From IMG/VR virus record IMGVR_UViG_3300028887_000100, positions 17,872-81,871 of that record: 64,000 nucleotides of DNA; one strand, given 5' to 3'. Position numbers and translations under genes: made by a program. The notes below the pieces were generated by a model. The model did no database searches, was not told the DNA's origin, and worked only from the letters and a program-made list of their open reading frames with translations. The DNA comes from a virus. Lineage: Duplodnaviria; Caudoviricetes. Numbering within the stretch: the stretch's first letter is position 1; each line of letters starts with the position of its first letter. This document shows, piece after piece, positions 8,008 through 18,148 of this stretch.

Positions 8008-10680
8008 TTAAACAAGACTCTCATTGGGAAACTGCATTAAGTAGACTTTGGCTTCTTTCTGCCATGCCTTGAACAATCCTTTAGGGTCTCCCTTAACATC
8101 AAATGTAACTTTGACTCCCATCTTTGACACTACATTTGCAACTGCCTGTTCTATTGTTGACAAAGGAGCTTCTACGTTTGTACCGTTCGTCTGGTCTCCA
8201 ACCATCGCCAAGAATGGTTTATTAGGAGGAAGTACCATACCACTTGCTCCAAAAGGAATACGACCAAACTTCTTTTTTATATTTTCAAGCTCTTCTGGTG
8301 TAAGATTTTTCCATTTCTCTCCGACATCTCCAGCAACAAGCTGATGACGCTTTGCATCCTGTACTGCCTTATTATACTCTTCCTCAGTCTCGCCATATCT
8401 TGCAAGATGCACGTTATCAAGCTCTATACCAATAAGACTACTTACAGCATTTGCGGCATCGATTGCGGCGTTAATTAACCACTCTATTGCTGATATAATT
8501 GCATTGAATGCTCCAAAGAATATCTTCTTGAGTCCTTCCATAGCTTGTTCCATATCGCCTGAGAACACGCCAGTTATGAAATCTACTATACCACTAAGTA
8601 TCTGCTTGAAATCCTTAAATAGATTTCCAAGTGAGCCTATAGTGTTCTTTATAAGCCTTGCTACAGAACGTATAGCACTCTGTAATAGTATTGTAAGGAA
8701 TCCAAACAGATATTCAAGTATTGGCATAACGACTGTATCTAAGAAGTCAAACACACCTTGTAATGTATCTGAAAAATCACCATCTAAAAATTCCTGTATG
8801 TCCTCAATGATGTCTAAAAGTGCTTCTCCAAGAGTCTCAGCAATCGGCTTAATTACATTGTCAATCAACCACTCAAGCTTAGGTTCTACCCACTCTAAAA
8901 ACTTAGTGATTTTGTCAAACACACTTCCCGCTAAATCACCTAAAACAGGAAGCAATTTTTCAACTAACCACTTGCCAAGGGGAAGTAAAATGTCTTTCCA
9001 AATCTTGCGTAAAAGCTTGAATATCGGCTGTAAAAATTCATGCACCTTTTCAAGTAGTCCTTTAACTGTCGTTAATAGTGGAGCTAAATCAAGGTCAACT
9101 GCCCACTCTGCTAAATCTTCTGTAATATCTGCAACAAAATTATAGATATCTGCAAATATACCGAGCAAAGCTTCAGCAATTCCATCACCGATTCCAGCTG
9201 TATTCCAAGCTTTGTCAAAAGCAGTTATAAGTCCGTTTACAAACTTTAAGATGCCTTCAAGCCTTCTCTGCATTGCTCCGAGTATCTTTTCGCCAGCACC
9301 ATTTTCCCATGCTTTCTTGAATGATGCACCAATATCCTTAATAAGCTTCAGCGCATTTTCAAGAGTCTTAAAAAGCTGATTATCCGCAAGACTTACTGTA
9401 TCAAAGTATTTCTTAGCATAATGTACAGTATCTTTAGTGAGTCCTACGCCGTTCTTCTGCTGAGATATTACATTCAGTTTATCAAATCCGGCAAGTGAAC
9501 CGCTCGCTTCTTCCACGCTCTTTGCATAGTCTACATAATCTACAGATGCTTCATAGATGTAATTCTGTCCCGCAAGCATAGCAAAAAGCTGTGCCATCTT
9601 GTTCATCAATTCAGTAACCTTCTGAATCGCTAATGTAATTGCAGGCGCAAAAGCCTGTATAAATGGCTGTACAAGTGTTCCAACTGAAGCTTTCAAGCCC
9701 TTAAATGCTGTAACGATATCCGATACAGCTTTGTTCATCTCAGGTATCTCTTGTACCATTACTTTGATTGCTTCTTTTGCTACACTTCGCAAGCGTCTGA
9801 ATAAAAAATACAAACTCCTGATACCAAGCGTGTATTTAAGCAAAGTCATAAGACCACGCTTCATTGACTTGCCTAAATCATCTGTGTGTCTGCTACTGCT
9901 TCTTGAATGCTTGGATAATAAACTAAGAGGATTAATCATGCGTAAAAGAGTTCTGGTTAATCCTGCCATAGCTGACGCTGTTGCTTTTGAAGCTTTTCCA
10001 AGACTTGCCAATGACAGCTTGTGTGATTCTTCCTCTTTAGTTGCTTCTTGTGCAAGCTGTATTTCTTCACCAAGCGTTAAATCAAGCTTTTCCTCATCAT
10101 CGATGACCTGCTCGGCTCCCATATGTGTCTCTGCATACTTCTCTTTAAGTATATTGGCAGCCTGTACTGCTTGCATTAATGATGCGGCTTTATTTTTATA
10201 CTCTTGAGTAGTTGTACCGCTTACAGTATCCTGACCAAGCTCTTCCATCTTTGCTATATTGCCAGATACCTTCTCATATCGTTTCTGAAGTCTTTCCAGT
10301 TCTTCACCAAGCTCTTTATACTCAGAACCGTATTTCTCGCCTTTATTTAAAAGCTTTTTGCGCTCGGCTTCAACTTCTTCCATGCGCTTTTTTGTCTGTT
10401 CAAGTAGTTTGTTTAAAGATTCATAACGCTCCGTAGGTATTCTTGTATCCGCAAGCTTCTGAGCTTCACCAGCAAGCTTTTCCATGCGGTTAGCGACATT
10501 AGTAAGATTCTTGATATAAGACAAAGTTTTAGCATCAAGCTTACTCATATCGATATTGGATAAAATACGTTTAAGCTCGTTGCCTAACTGTTTTGCATCT
10601 TTTAAAGCCGTGTCAAAGTTAAGACCTACTGGTATTTTTACACTTCCATCGGGCATAGTTATTGACCTCCCGTATTCCAA
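8008..10680 (-). CDS. Tape measure protein
   Basis: 890 aa, helical, amphipathic W/F repeats; LAGFDKLN and GDQ..G..VEAPL motifs; position. Confidence 0.85.
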   Translation of the reverse strand: MEYGRSITMPDGSVKIPVGLNFDTALKDAKQLGNELKRILSNIDMSKLDAKTLSYIKNLTNVANRMEKLAGEAQKLADTRIPTERYESLNKLLEQTKKRMEEVEAERKKLLNKGEKYGSEYKELGEELERLQKRYEKVSGNIAKMEELGQDTVSGTTTQEYKNKAASLMQAVQAANILKEKYAETHMGAEQVIDDEEKLDLTLGEEIQLAQEATKEEESHKLSLASLGKASKATASAMAGLTRTLLRMINPLSLLSKHSRSSSRHTDDLGKSMKRGLMTLLKYTLGIRSLYFLFRRLRSVAKEAIKVMVQEIPEMNKAVSDIVTAFKGLKASVGTLVQPFIQAFAPAITLAIQKVTELMNKMAQLFAMLAGQNYIYEASVDYVDYAKSVEEASGSLAGFDKLNVISQQKNGVGLTKDTVHYAKKYFDTVSLADNQLFKTLENALKLIKDIGASFKKAWENGAGEKILGAMQRRLEGILKFVNGLITAFDKAWNTAGIGDGIAEALLGIFADIYNFVADITEDLAEWAVDLDLAPLLTTVKGLLEKVHEFLQPIFKLLRKIWKDILLPLGKWLVEKLLPVLGDLAGSVFDKITKFLEWVEPKLEWLIDNVIKPIAETLGEALLDIIEDIQEFLDGDFSDTLQGVFDFLDTVVMPILEYLFGFLTILLQSAIRSVARLIKNTIGSLGNLFKDFKQILSGIVDFITGVFSGDMEQAMEGLKKIFFGAFNAIISAIEWLINAAIDAANAVSSLIGIELDNVHLARYGETEEEYNKAVQDAKRHQLVAGDVGEKWKNLTPEELENIKKKFGRIPFGASGMVLPPNKPFLAMVGDQTNGTNVEAPLSTIEQAVANVVSKMGVKVTFDVKGDPKGLFKAWQKEAKVYLMQFPNESLV

Positions 10681-11255
10681 TTTGCAAGAACCTCATCAAG
10701 AAATTCCTGCTCTTCTTTCGTAAAATTATCATTACGCTTGAAAAGTTCGGGATTGCTATTAACATACTCCTGCTCATACTTCTCAAGCTTTTTACCTTTA
10801 ATTATTTTTCTGCGTATATTAACTACAGTGGCTAATGTACATTCGCCTATCGCCATATAATAAGACATGAATGTCCACCAATGTAGATATTTTTCAGCTC
10901 TTATCTCTTTACCAGCAACATTGTTAATCGCTGATATTATCATTAATGCATCTTTGTCCCAATCAATAACTTTTGCTTCCGCTTTTAAGCCGGGTGTTTC
11001 TTCTTGACCACAATTAAAAAAGGAGAACATTTGCTTGACTGCCTCTTCTATGTCGCCAAGCTGTTGAATGTCATTGATATCATTCAACCCATCATAGAAT
11101 ACCACTAAACAAGCCAATATTCTCTCATCTTCTTCAAGCTCTGCATCCTGTAATAATCTAAAGCAGTCCAGAACCATACGGAAGTCTCCGTCCCTCCGTA
11201 TGGCGTGGGCTGTATCATTGAGTATCACAGAAGTTGGTAACTCATACTCAAGCAT
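10659..11255 (-). CDS. Gp15-like tail assembly chaperone
   Basis: IRRDGDFR..., IDWDKDA.MIISA...YLHWWTFM pattern of A118 Gp15; precedes the tape measure. Confidence 0.75.
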   Translation of the reverse strand: MLEYELPTSVILNDTAHAIRRDGDFRMVLDCFRLLQDAELEEDERILACLVVFYDGLNDINDIQQLGDIEEAVKQMFSFFNCGQEETPGLKAEAKVIDWDKDALMIISAINNVAGKEIRAEKYLHWWTFMSYYMAIGECTLATVVNIRRKIIKGKKLEKYEQEYVNSNPELFKRNDNFTKEEQEFLDEVLANWNTGGQ

Positions 11256-11257
11256 GA

Positions 11258-11749
11258 TTATTTATTCCCATTCTTGACATAAGCGGGAAGCTTTTTATCG
11301 ATACGGGACTTTAAAGCATAATACTCTTTGTTAATATTGTTTTCATAAAGCTTTGTGAGTGCGTTGATGATGTGTTCAAAACGTAACTCGCCATCAATTA
11401 CATCAAACATATATCCGCTTCCTTCGGGAGCGCATACTTCAGATACTGGAGCACTGAATATATAGTCCATGATGTTTCGCATCTTTAAGTCCATCTCTTT
11501 CATTACATCTAAGAATTTTGAGATGTCCTCACCACTCTCATCAGCGGGCTCCTCTGACTCGGCTGTATCACCCATCTTTGTTTTAAGCTCTGCAAACGTA
11601 TCATATAACTGCTTCAAACCGTCCTGCATACGATTGTAAACGCCAAAATCTGAAAGATTAAGTGTAAAGCTTTTGTCAGGGTTACCATCCACCTGAATCT
11701 TAGTACCTTTAGTTGACGATAAATCAAGATTTAAAACCTTCTGTTCCAT
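11258..11749 (-). CDS. Tail assembly chaperone
   Basis: Between the major tail gene and the Gp15-like gene. Confidence 0.55.
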   Translation of the reverse strand: MEQKVLNLDLSSTKGTKIQVDGNPDKSFTLNLSDFGVYNRMQDGLKQLYDTFAELKTKMGDTAESEEPADESGEDISKFLDVMKEMDLKMRNIMDYIFSAPVSEVCAPEGSGYMFDVIDGELRFEHIINALTKLYENNINKEYYALKSRIDKKLPAYVKNGNK

Positions 11750-11816
11750 AATTCAATCCTCCTGTGATATCAAATGTTATTTAATTGTGTTAAAAAGTAC
11801 GGAGCCTTATACTACA

Positions 11817-12350
11817 TCAAAGACCTGATGTAGTAGTGGTAGTGCTGTCAGGTGTAAACTGGAAGTCTGAAGTAAGCTTATCTACAGTACCTGTAGTAAT
11901 CTTGTTACTGAAGTAAACAGTAATAGGCATATCAGTCTTGGTATCACCACCGATGCTGTTATAAACGATTGTACAACCGGTATGCTTCTCAGCCTGATAT
12001 TCTCCATCCTGCTTCTTGAATGCTGTGATAACATAAACTGTAAAATCGCCAAGCTCTGACAGTGCGTTTCTACGTCTCTTCTCATTCAGGAACTCTGCTA
12101 AATCATTTCCACCTGTGATGGTGAAAGGCTCGAAACTCTGCTGAGGCTGTGACTTGTTAACATCAGTATAGTTCTCACCAAGAATATCGGTTATGGTAGA
12201 AATATCATGATTGTAATCAATCTGTGATGACTCGATACGCTGTCCGAGAATCTGTCTCTTGGGTGATACACTACCTGTTTCAGTCCACTCAGCCACAGTG
12301 ATGAGAAGTTTTCTATCCGCTCTCTGACCTGTAGTCAACTCAAAACCCAT
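11817..12350 (-). CDS. Major tail protein
   Basis: Position, size and beta-rich tube-protein pattern. Confidence 0.7.
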   Translation of the reverse strand: MGFELTTGQRADRKLLITVAEWTETGSVSPKRQILGQRIESSQIDYNHDISTITDILGENYTDVNKSQPQQSFEPFTITGGNDLAEFLNEKRRRNALSELGDFTVYVITAFKKQDGEYQAEKHTGCTIVYNSIGGDTKTDMPITVYFSNKITTGTVDKLTSDFQFTPDSTTTTTSGL

Positions 12351-12364
12351 TGTATTTTCCTCCT

Positions 12365-12844
12365 TTAAGTAATTACTTTGCTATTGTCGATATAGTCAAT
12401 CTGAATAGTAAAGCTGTATTTTGCTAACGCAGGTTTCAACTGCGTGTCCACTCCGTTCAATACAGGATTATCAGTTACAACACGCATTTCCTCAATCTGA
12501 CATTTACTGCCAAAATTGGGATAGACTTTAGCTTCTTCCTGTTCGCCAATCCAATCGATAATCTCTTGTATATCTGCATACTCCTGCACATTCTCATTTG
12601 TATAACCTTGAGTCTTAACGATTGCCTGATAACTGACTGACCTATAATCAATCAGCGTAAAGCTATAACGCTTCATCACACTGCCATCAATATAGGGTCT
12701 GTTGATGTTCTTATCATTGCCCATCGTGACAATCTGCTTGTTATCATCTTTTGCATTGATAAAGTTAAAGAATAAAGGATTGCTCTGTATTGCTGGGCAT
12801 GTGCATAAAAAATCTATGACTGCCTTTTCTTTACTATCTGCCAT
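12365..12844 (-). CDS. Tail terminator / neck protein
   Basis: Position in the A118-type head-tail block. Confidence 0.55.
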   Translation of the reverse strand: MADSKEKAVIDFLCTCPAIQSNPLFFNFINAKDDNKQIVTMGNDKNINRPYIDGSVMKRYSFTLIDYRSVSYQAIVKTQGYTNENVQEYADIQEIIDWIGEQEEAKVYPNFGSKCQIEEMRVVTDNPVLNGVDTQLKPALAKYSFTIQIDYIDNSKVIT

Positions 12845-13343
12845 AAATCTCTCTTGCCCTCCTCAACAATATATTTTCAACGTCTTTGGTAAATTCATCA
12901 CCCTGCTCCTGCATCATGACCTCATCCCAATGTGCTGTAGCTCTCGGATGCTTTTCTGTGCTGTAGTTCATTGACCTACCTGTAGGTGATTTTGGCATAT
13001 TTGGTATGCTGAACCATCCGACAATTACACCATTTTCAAATATCGGGATATTAGGCCCGTAGACATTACCCTCATACAGATAATGTGCATACGGAACAGC
13101 TTCATTTCCCCATTGTACGTATTCTGGAGTTATCTGCGCAAATGCTGATTGTGAAAGGGCACCTTCGTCCATAGGAACATACGGGTCACATCGCTTTGCA
13201 AAAGCTGTATGAATTTCAAGCATAGTTGCATCATCAACAATATCCTGTAACTGCTGTAATATTATGTTGCTGATATCAACCGATACTGACATGTCATACT
13301 CCCTGCGCTCTGTAATGCGGAAGTCCTCGACCGGGCCCAACAT
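12834..13343 (-). CDS. Neck / minor capsid protein
   Basis: CDPYVPMDEGALSQS, PYAHYLYEG and HPRATAHW motifs. Confidence 0.7.
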   Translation of the reverse strand: MLGPVEDFRITERREYDMSVSVDISNIILQQLQDIVDDATMLEIHTAFAKRCDPYVPMDEGALSQSAFAQITPEYVQWGNEAVPYAHYLYEGNVYGPNIPIFENGVIVGWFSIPNMPKSPTGRSMNYSTEKHPRATAHWDEVMMQEQGDEFTKDVENILLRRAREIYGR

Positions 13344-13776
13344 TTACTGCGGCGACTTCAATCTCAAAACAACCCTGCAATTCTTTGTACTTCTCAATCA
13401 CATCAGATGAGCGATGTCCAGAAACATATTCATTGATAGTATCATCAACTTCGCCTTTAACGATGATATCTCCCTGTCCAAGTGTAAAAAATTGAGCTTT
13501 AACATCAGCAGGAAGATTTATCCATACGCCTTTTTCTTTGAAGCTGTCAGACTCGCGTATTCTGCATACTGTACTGTTTGTCTCAAGAACTGTATCTCTG
13601 ATTGTTATTTTATCATGTACATACTTCCAAAAACAACCATTAACAACATGCTTATACCATGTGACCAGCTGTGTGACTGCATCTGTGTGCTTGTTGTAGA
13701 TTGTAACAGTGGTATCCCACCAAACAGGATATTTACTCATTCGGATATACTCCTCTATAAAGCACTTTCTGTCCAA
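13294..13776 (-). CDS. Head closure protein
   Basis: TVTIYN...W pattern; position. Confidence 0.55.
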   Translation of the reverse strand: MDRKCFIEEYIRMSKYPVWWDTTVTIYNKHTDAVTQLVTWYKHVVNGCFWKYVHDKITIRDTVLETNSTVCRIRESDSFKEKGVWINLPADVKAQFFTLGQGDIIVKGEVDDTINEYVSGHRSSDVIEKYKELQGCFEIEVAAVNVGPGRGLPHYRAQGV

Positions 13777-14152
13777 GACTATTCTTGACAGCTGAAAGAT
13801 ACTGGTCGACTATCTGTTTAATCTGCGTCTTACTGTTTTCAACCACATCTTTTGCATTAAGCACATTATAGCTTACAGATACGCCATCGTTGGACTGACT
13901 CGCGATTCCAGCGCCTTCTGAATTGTTCTGCGCTGATGCTGTATCAAGCCCATTGACCTGCTGTTGTGCTACAATGTACTGAATAATCTTGTAAACACAT
14001 CTCTTTACAGCTTCAGGATATTCGTTTTCATTCTGAAGCCTGTTAAATGTGTACCAATCAACAACGGAAGAAGCTTCAAACTCTAAATCATTAAAGGTGG
14101 TCTCATCAGCTGTTCCACCATAATTCTGATATTCAAGATATGTCAGATACAT
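13733..14152 (-). CDS. Head-tail adaptor
   Basis: YLTY.EY...GG and SQSNDGVSVSY motifs. Confidence 0.75.
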   Translation of the reverse strand: MYLTYLEYQNYGGTADETTFNDLEFEASSVVDWYTFNRLQNENEYPEAVKRCVYKIIQYIVAQQQVNGLDTASAQNNSEGAGIASQSNDGVSVSYNVLNAKDVVENSKTQIKQIVDQYLSAVKNSLGQKVLYRGVYPNE

Positions 14153-14171
14153 TGACTACACCACCTTCCAA

Positions 14172-14522
14172 TTATTTTGCTTTCTTAGTTCTCTTAGATG
14201 CAGGTTTCTCGACTTCAGCTGTGGCTTCGGTCTCTACAACTGACTTTGAAGTTGGAGCATTAAGCTCCGCATTTTCAGCTTTGAGCTTTGCATTTTCAGC
14301 TTTAAGCTCTGCTATCTGCTTCTTTAAATCAGCGATTTCTGCCACATGCTTATCATATGCAAACTTTAATGAGTTAGGGTCATTCGGAACATGCTCTTTA
14401 ATCACGTTTCCAAGCGAATCCACGACATCATAGCCCTTAGACATATATTTGTCTACTGCATCCACAGGAACGTCTAAATAGACGTTCCTGCGCTTTACTG
14501 TAACTGTCTTAGCGTCTGTCAT
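14172..14522 (-). CDS. Hypothetical head-associated protein with a coiled coil
   Basis: Directly after the major capsid gene; K/A-rich tail. Confidence 0.5.
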   Translation of the reverse strand: MTDAKTVTVKRRNVYLDVPVDAVDKYMSKGYDVVDSLGNVIKEHVPNDPNSLKFAYDKHVAEIADLKKQIAELKAENAKLKAENAELNAPTSKSVVETEATAEVEKPASKRTKKAK

Positions 14523-14544
14523 AACTGACTCCTTTTATCAACTA

Positions 14545-15555
14545 TCATTCAGTTGTTTCTGTGGTCTCGGTAGTCTCAGTTGTCTCTGTAGTGCCGGTTG
14601 TGCCAGCATCAGTGATATTGAACTGAATTGCATCTGACTTCTTGTTAAGAATGAATGCGTCCTCGAAAGACTCCTCGTAGTAAACATACTTGCCTTCTGA
14701 CATTGCTGAAGGAGCATCAAGTCTTGAGAAGGTGTAGCTTACAGGTGTGATGACTGCAAGCGGATGAACAAGGAACATGTTAATCTGCTTTGCTCCGGGA
14801 GCTACTTCCCAACCTGTAGTAAACTTATAAGCTGTTTTCATAAGTGTTGAAGGAACACCAATGATTTCAACCTCATCAAGTCTGTTTACTCTACGGTCGA
14901 TTGCGTTAGGTCCTGAAGTGATGTCCATTGAACGTGAAATCTTATCAGCATTGCCGATGAGCTTCTTAACTTCATTGGTTACATACAGGATACGACCTGT
15001 AGGAGGTACCATTGCATTATCCATCTTCAGCATTAAGTCATCAAATACATTGAGGACATTCTGAAGAGTAAGAACTGTGGTATCAGGAGTATGAGTCTCC
15101 TGAGTACGAGGATTCTTTGTCTCAAGCCAATCTGTGTAAATCTTGGAAATGAGGTAAGCATCCATTTCGGGGAACTTCTGCTCTGTATTAAATACGTTAG
15201 TGATGTTAGCGATGGTTGCTACCATGTTGGTCTGGTCAATGTCCATAGGATGAACAAGTGTAGACCACTTTCTCTGATTCTCAAGGGTCTTGGGCTCCCA
15301 AGCGTTGTCGTAATTACGCTGTGCAAATGCTACGGTATCTCTGTCAGCATTAACACGACCGGAAGTTGAAATGCTGGGAATCTCGATAGTCTTTGCACTT
15401 GTCCAACGATATCTACCATTGTTAGGTGTGCTGTAGAGCTTACCAAAGTTGAGGACGTAAGGCCACATCTGTGATAACGCTCTTGAATACTCGGTAGCAT
15501 AATTGATGCCACCCTGTGCGGTTGTGCCATTGTTTGCGGGTGCTACATAAGGCAT
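14545..15555 (-). CDS. Major capsid protein
   Basis: 336 aa, follows the scaffold; AKTIEIP.IS.SG, PEMDAY and YYEESFEDAFIL motifs; C-terminal TTE repeats. Confidence 0.85.
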   Translation of the reverse strand: MPYVAPANNGTTAQGGINYATEYSRALSQMWPYVLNFGKLYSTPNNGRYRWTSAKTIEIPSISTSGRVNADRDTVAFAQRNYDNAWEPKTLENQRKWSTLVHPMDIDQTNMVATIANITNVFNTEQKFPEMDAYLISKIYTDWLETKNPRTQETHTPDTTVLTLQNVLNVFDDLMLKMDNAMVPPTGRILYVTNEVKKLIGNADKISRSMDITSGPNAIDRRVNRLDEVEIIGVPSTLMKTAYKFTTGWEVAPGAKQINMFLVHPLAVITPVSYTFSRLDAPSAMSEGKYVYYEESFEDAFILNKKSDAIQFNITDAGTTGTTETTETTETTETTE

Positions 15556-15583
15556 AGTATTTTCCTCCTATATAAAAATGATT

Positions 15584-16258
15584 TTACGGCATAGGTCTAA
15601 TCGGCGTAAAGTGCATCGCATTTAAAAAGCCTCCAGTCGGGTCACCTGCGTTTACATCTTCAGCTCCGGGTGTAGAACCTACGAACTGCGGTTTGCTCTC
15701 AGAACCTTCATTAAACTGATTTAAGTCAATCTCAGTAATGAACGCGTCCTGATTGCTTTCGGTGTATGACTTCAAAAAGTCATCAGCACCAAGAATGGAG
15801 TCATTCTCCATCTTTAACTGCTTTGCAAGCATAGACTGTATGAAGTCTCTTTTAGCGGCCGTACTTGAGAACGTCTGTCCATCAGCATACCTATTAACTG
15901 CATACTTATAGGCCTGCTCCTGTAACTGCTTCTTATAAGCTTTTGAATCCTCATCATACTTAGACTGTAAAGTCTGAAGCTGTGTGGTAAGCTCGGCAAG
16001 CTTTGTAGTATCTGCGCCTGCACTCTCAAGCTGTTTCTTTAGAGTCTCCAAGTCTGTGTCGCGTGTTGAGATTGTACCTGTAAGAGTCTCAATCTCTCTT
16101 GCTTTTGACTCAAGCTCGGCATCAAACTTACTCTTGGACACATATGCGCCCTCACTCAAATCAGCAAACTTAGCATTGCCAGCTTTAGCTAATTCGGAAA
16201 ACTGTTCATAAGTCAATACGCCATTCTCTGCTTTGTCAAAAATTTCTTTGATGTTCAT
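15584..16258 (-). CDS. Capsid scaffolding protein (GP20-like)
   Basis: YVSKSKFD motif, coiled coil, precedes the major capsid gene. Confidence 0.8.
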   Translation of the reverse strand: MNIKEIFDKAENGVLTYEQFSELAKAGNAKFADLSEGAYVSKSKFDAELESKAREIETLTGTISTRDTDLETLKKQLESAGADTTKLAELTTQLQTLQSKYDEDSKAYKKQLQEQAYKYAVNRYADGQTFSSTAAKRDFIQSMLAKQLKMENDSILGADDFLKSYTESNQDAFITEIDLNQFNEGSESKPQFVGSTPGAEDVNAGDPTGGFLNAMHFTPIRPMP

Positions 16259-16278
16259 AAATTTCCTCCATTCTTTAT

Positions 16279-16364
16279 GTCTGTTATTTGTAAACGCGGA
16301 TTACAGTGTCCGCTGAATGTGCGTTCTTTAAACGACTTTACGCTGGTCGTATATATCAACAGGC
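16279..16364 (-). ncRNA. Candidate structured cis-regulatory RNA upstream of the scaffold gene
   Basis: Enclosing stem cuguu/aacag with inner hairpins acgac/gucgu and gcgga/uccgc. Confidence 0.4.
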
Positions 16365-16367
16365 TAT

Positions 16368-16691
16368 TCAACCTTTTGATATCTGCTTTTCCGCTGATTC
16401 CATGCGTCTTTCAAGATTGTGTACTTTCTCAATTAAGACGGGTACCTGCTCGATACCAGCACTGTGTTTTTCCACCTGTGCTGTGATATAATCAAGCTTA
16501 ATATTCATCTCCGACTGATTGATTTCCAATTTATGCTCAATCTGTCTATTCGACATGATATTGGTAAAAATTATTCCAATCAACGCTAAAACACCAGTAA
16601 TAATTGAGGGCAGTATGTTTTCCATAAGCGACCTCCTTTGAGAATATTTATTCTCACTTTGTAGTATAGCATCTTTTGGTGAAAAATACAA
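16368..16691 (-). CDS. Small membrane protein (TM + coiled coil; likely start MENILPS)
   Basis: Hydrophobic N-terminal helix followed by heptads. Confidence 0.5.
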   Translation of the reverse strand: MYFSPKDAILQSENKYSQRRSLMENILPSIITGVLALIGIIFTNIMSNRQIEHKLEINQSEMNIKLDYITAQVEKHSAGIEQVPVLIEKVHNLERRMESAEKQISKG

Positions 16692-16701
16692 GTGGTTTTT
16701 A

Positions 16702-17922
16702 TCATTTCACCGAAATTTTTTTGTAACCATTTACCTGTATCTTGCCAAGCTTCATAGACAATCCACAAGCTTTGGAAAACGCGCTGTATTCTGCGGTATA
16801 TCTATTTATCTTGACTTGATATTCCTTAGCTAATTCCATGTCTCCTGCGCTTTGTGCGGCTATCTGACCATCTTTAGCCTGTCTTATCTTTGTTTCAAGC
16901 ATTCGCTGTCGCTGTGTGCATTCATACATTGTGAGATGTTTACCATTTGGAAATGTATATCCCTCTTGATTCTTCTTGAGTATTTCCTGTAACTGTTTAT
17001 CTGTGTACGTCTGACCTTCAACACCTATAACTATTGATATCGCAAAGTGCCTACAGTTCAAAGTGCCTACAGCTCTTTCAAAGCCTTGATATTCTCTGCC
17101 TTGTACATCTTTGAAGTTTTCAGCGTTCTGCATCTTCTCAAATTCAGCTTTTGAGTACTGGTGCCCTTGCATCTCTGCATGGTCAGGAGCGGGATTCATA
17201 TGTACTGAGATTTCAACACCATCAGCTCCAAACTCTTCACCGACTATATTCTGCATCTGCTGGTTTATAGCTCTCATTCCGTCTTGAAGATTTCGCCTGA
17301 CAGCTGTATCAAGTCTCTGCGCGTATGTTCTTCCACTCTCTGTATTGTAGACTACATAACGTATACCATTCTCGCATAACTGCTTTAAAGTGTTGTGCAT
17401 CGCTGTCCTGTAATCAACTCCACCAGATGCGGCCTGTACTGCTTCATCCACGATTCTTTGATATGTTCTGGCAACATTTGTTGGTATGAATCTCTTAGGA
17501 TTTTTAGGGTCTCTGACCATAAAAGCCTGTGCTTTCGCGATGTTCTTATAGCTGTCTGATGTCTGACGCGCCATAGCTTCTACGCGTCTTTTCAACACTG
17601 TATTTTCATCATATGGTATATATGACTTCTTCCTAAAATCATAGAATGGCTTTGCGCTTCTGTATGCATCTTTAGCAACAAATCTTACCAGATTCTGTAT
17701 ATCTGCAACCTGTAAAGCTGTAAGACTTGCAAGCTCTTCCATTATCTTCTTTGCATCTGCGCCTGTATTTCTTAGATTAATCAGTGTTTGGACATCAGAA
17801 GGTAGCACCTCGCCAACTTCTTTTATGCGCTGTGCTATCTTCTTGATTAACCAAGTGTTTATTCTCTGCTGTCGATTGATTATAGGCTCTATGAGTCTGT
17901 TTAATGCATCATCTGGTAACAT
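16702..17922 (-). CDS. Minor capsid protein (MuF-like, phage minor capsid 2), without a toxin extension
   Basis: LDTAVRRN, VEISVH..PAPDHA.MQG, GTLNCRH and YECTQRQR.LE motifs. Confidence 0.85.
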   Translation of the reverse strand: MLPDDALNRLIEPIINRQQRINTWLIKKIAQRIKEVGEVLPSDVQTLINLRNTGADAKKIMEELASLTALQVADIQNLVRFVAKDAYRSAKPFYDFRKKSYIPYDENTVLKRRVEAMARQTSDSYKNIAKAQAFMVRDPKNPKRFIPTNVARTYQRIVDEAVQAASGGVDYRTAMHNTLKQLCENGIRYVVYNTESGRTYAQRLDTAVRRNLQDGMRAINQQMQNIVGEEFGADGVEISVHMNPAPDHAEMQGHQYSKAEFEKMQNAENFKDVQGREYQGFERAVGTLNCRHFAISIVIGVEGQTYTDKQLQEILKKNQEGYTFPNGKHLTMYECTQRQRMLETKIRQAKDGQIAAQSAGDMELAKEYQVKINRYTAEYSAFSKACGLSMKLGKIQVNGYKKISVK

Positions 17923-17923
17923 T

Positions 17924-18148
17924 TTACTCCTCTGCGTTTGTTGTGGTCGTAGTATCGATTATAGCCTTGATACTCAGCACGGGTGTTAAAAGCTCCCAAT
18001 GCTTTACTTCGCTCTCCTTGATATCACTGGAAAGACTTTCAAAGCCTGTCGATTTCAAACTTACAATCTCAGCTCCCGTACTCATCTCATGAATATTGAC
18101 TGTTACGCTGGGTGTGGTCAGTGTTGATAAAAGGTCTCTAAGTGTCAT
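17924..18148 (-). CDS. Hypothetical protein
   Basis: Co-oriented and translationally coupled to the portal gene. Confidence 0.5.
   Translation of the reverse strand: MTLRDLLSTLTTPSVTVNIHEMSTGAEIVSLKSTGFESLSSDIKESEVKHWELLTPVLSIKAIIDTTTTTNAEE

Noticed and set aside
11240-11280. Programmed frameshift between the tail chaperones
   Set aside because: I found no canonical slippery heptamer before the stop codon; the two ORFs simply abut.
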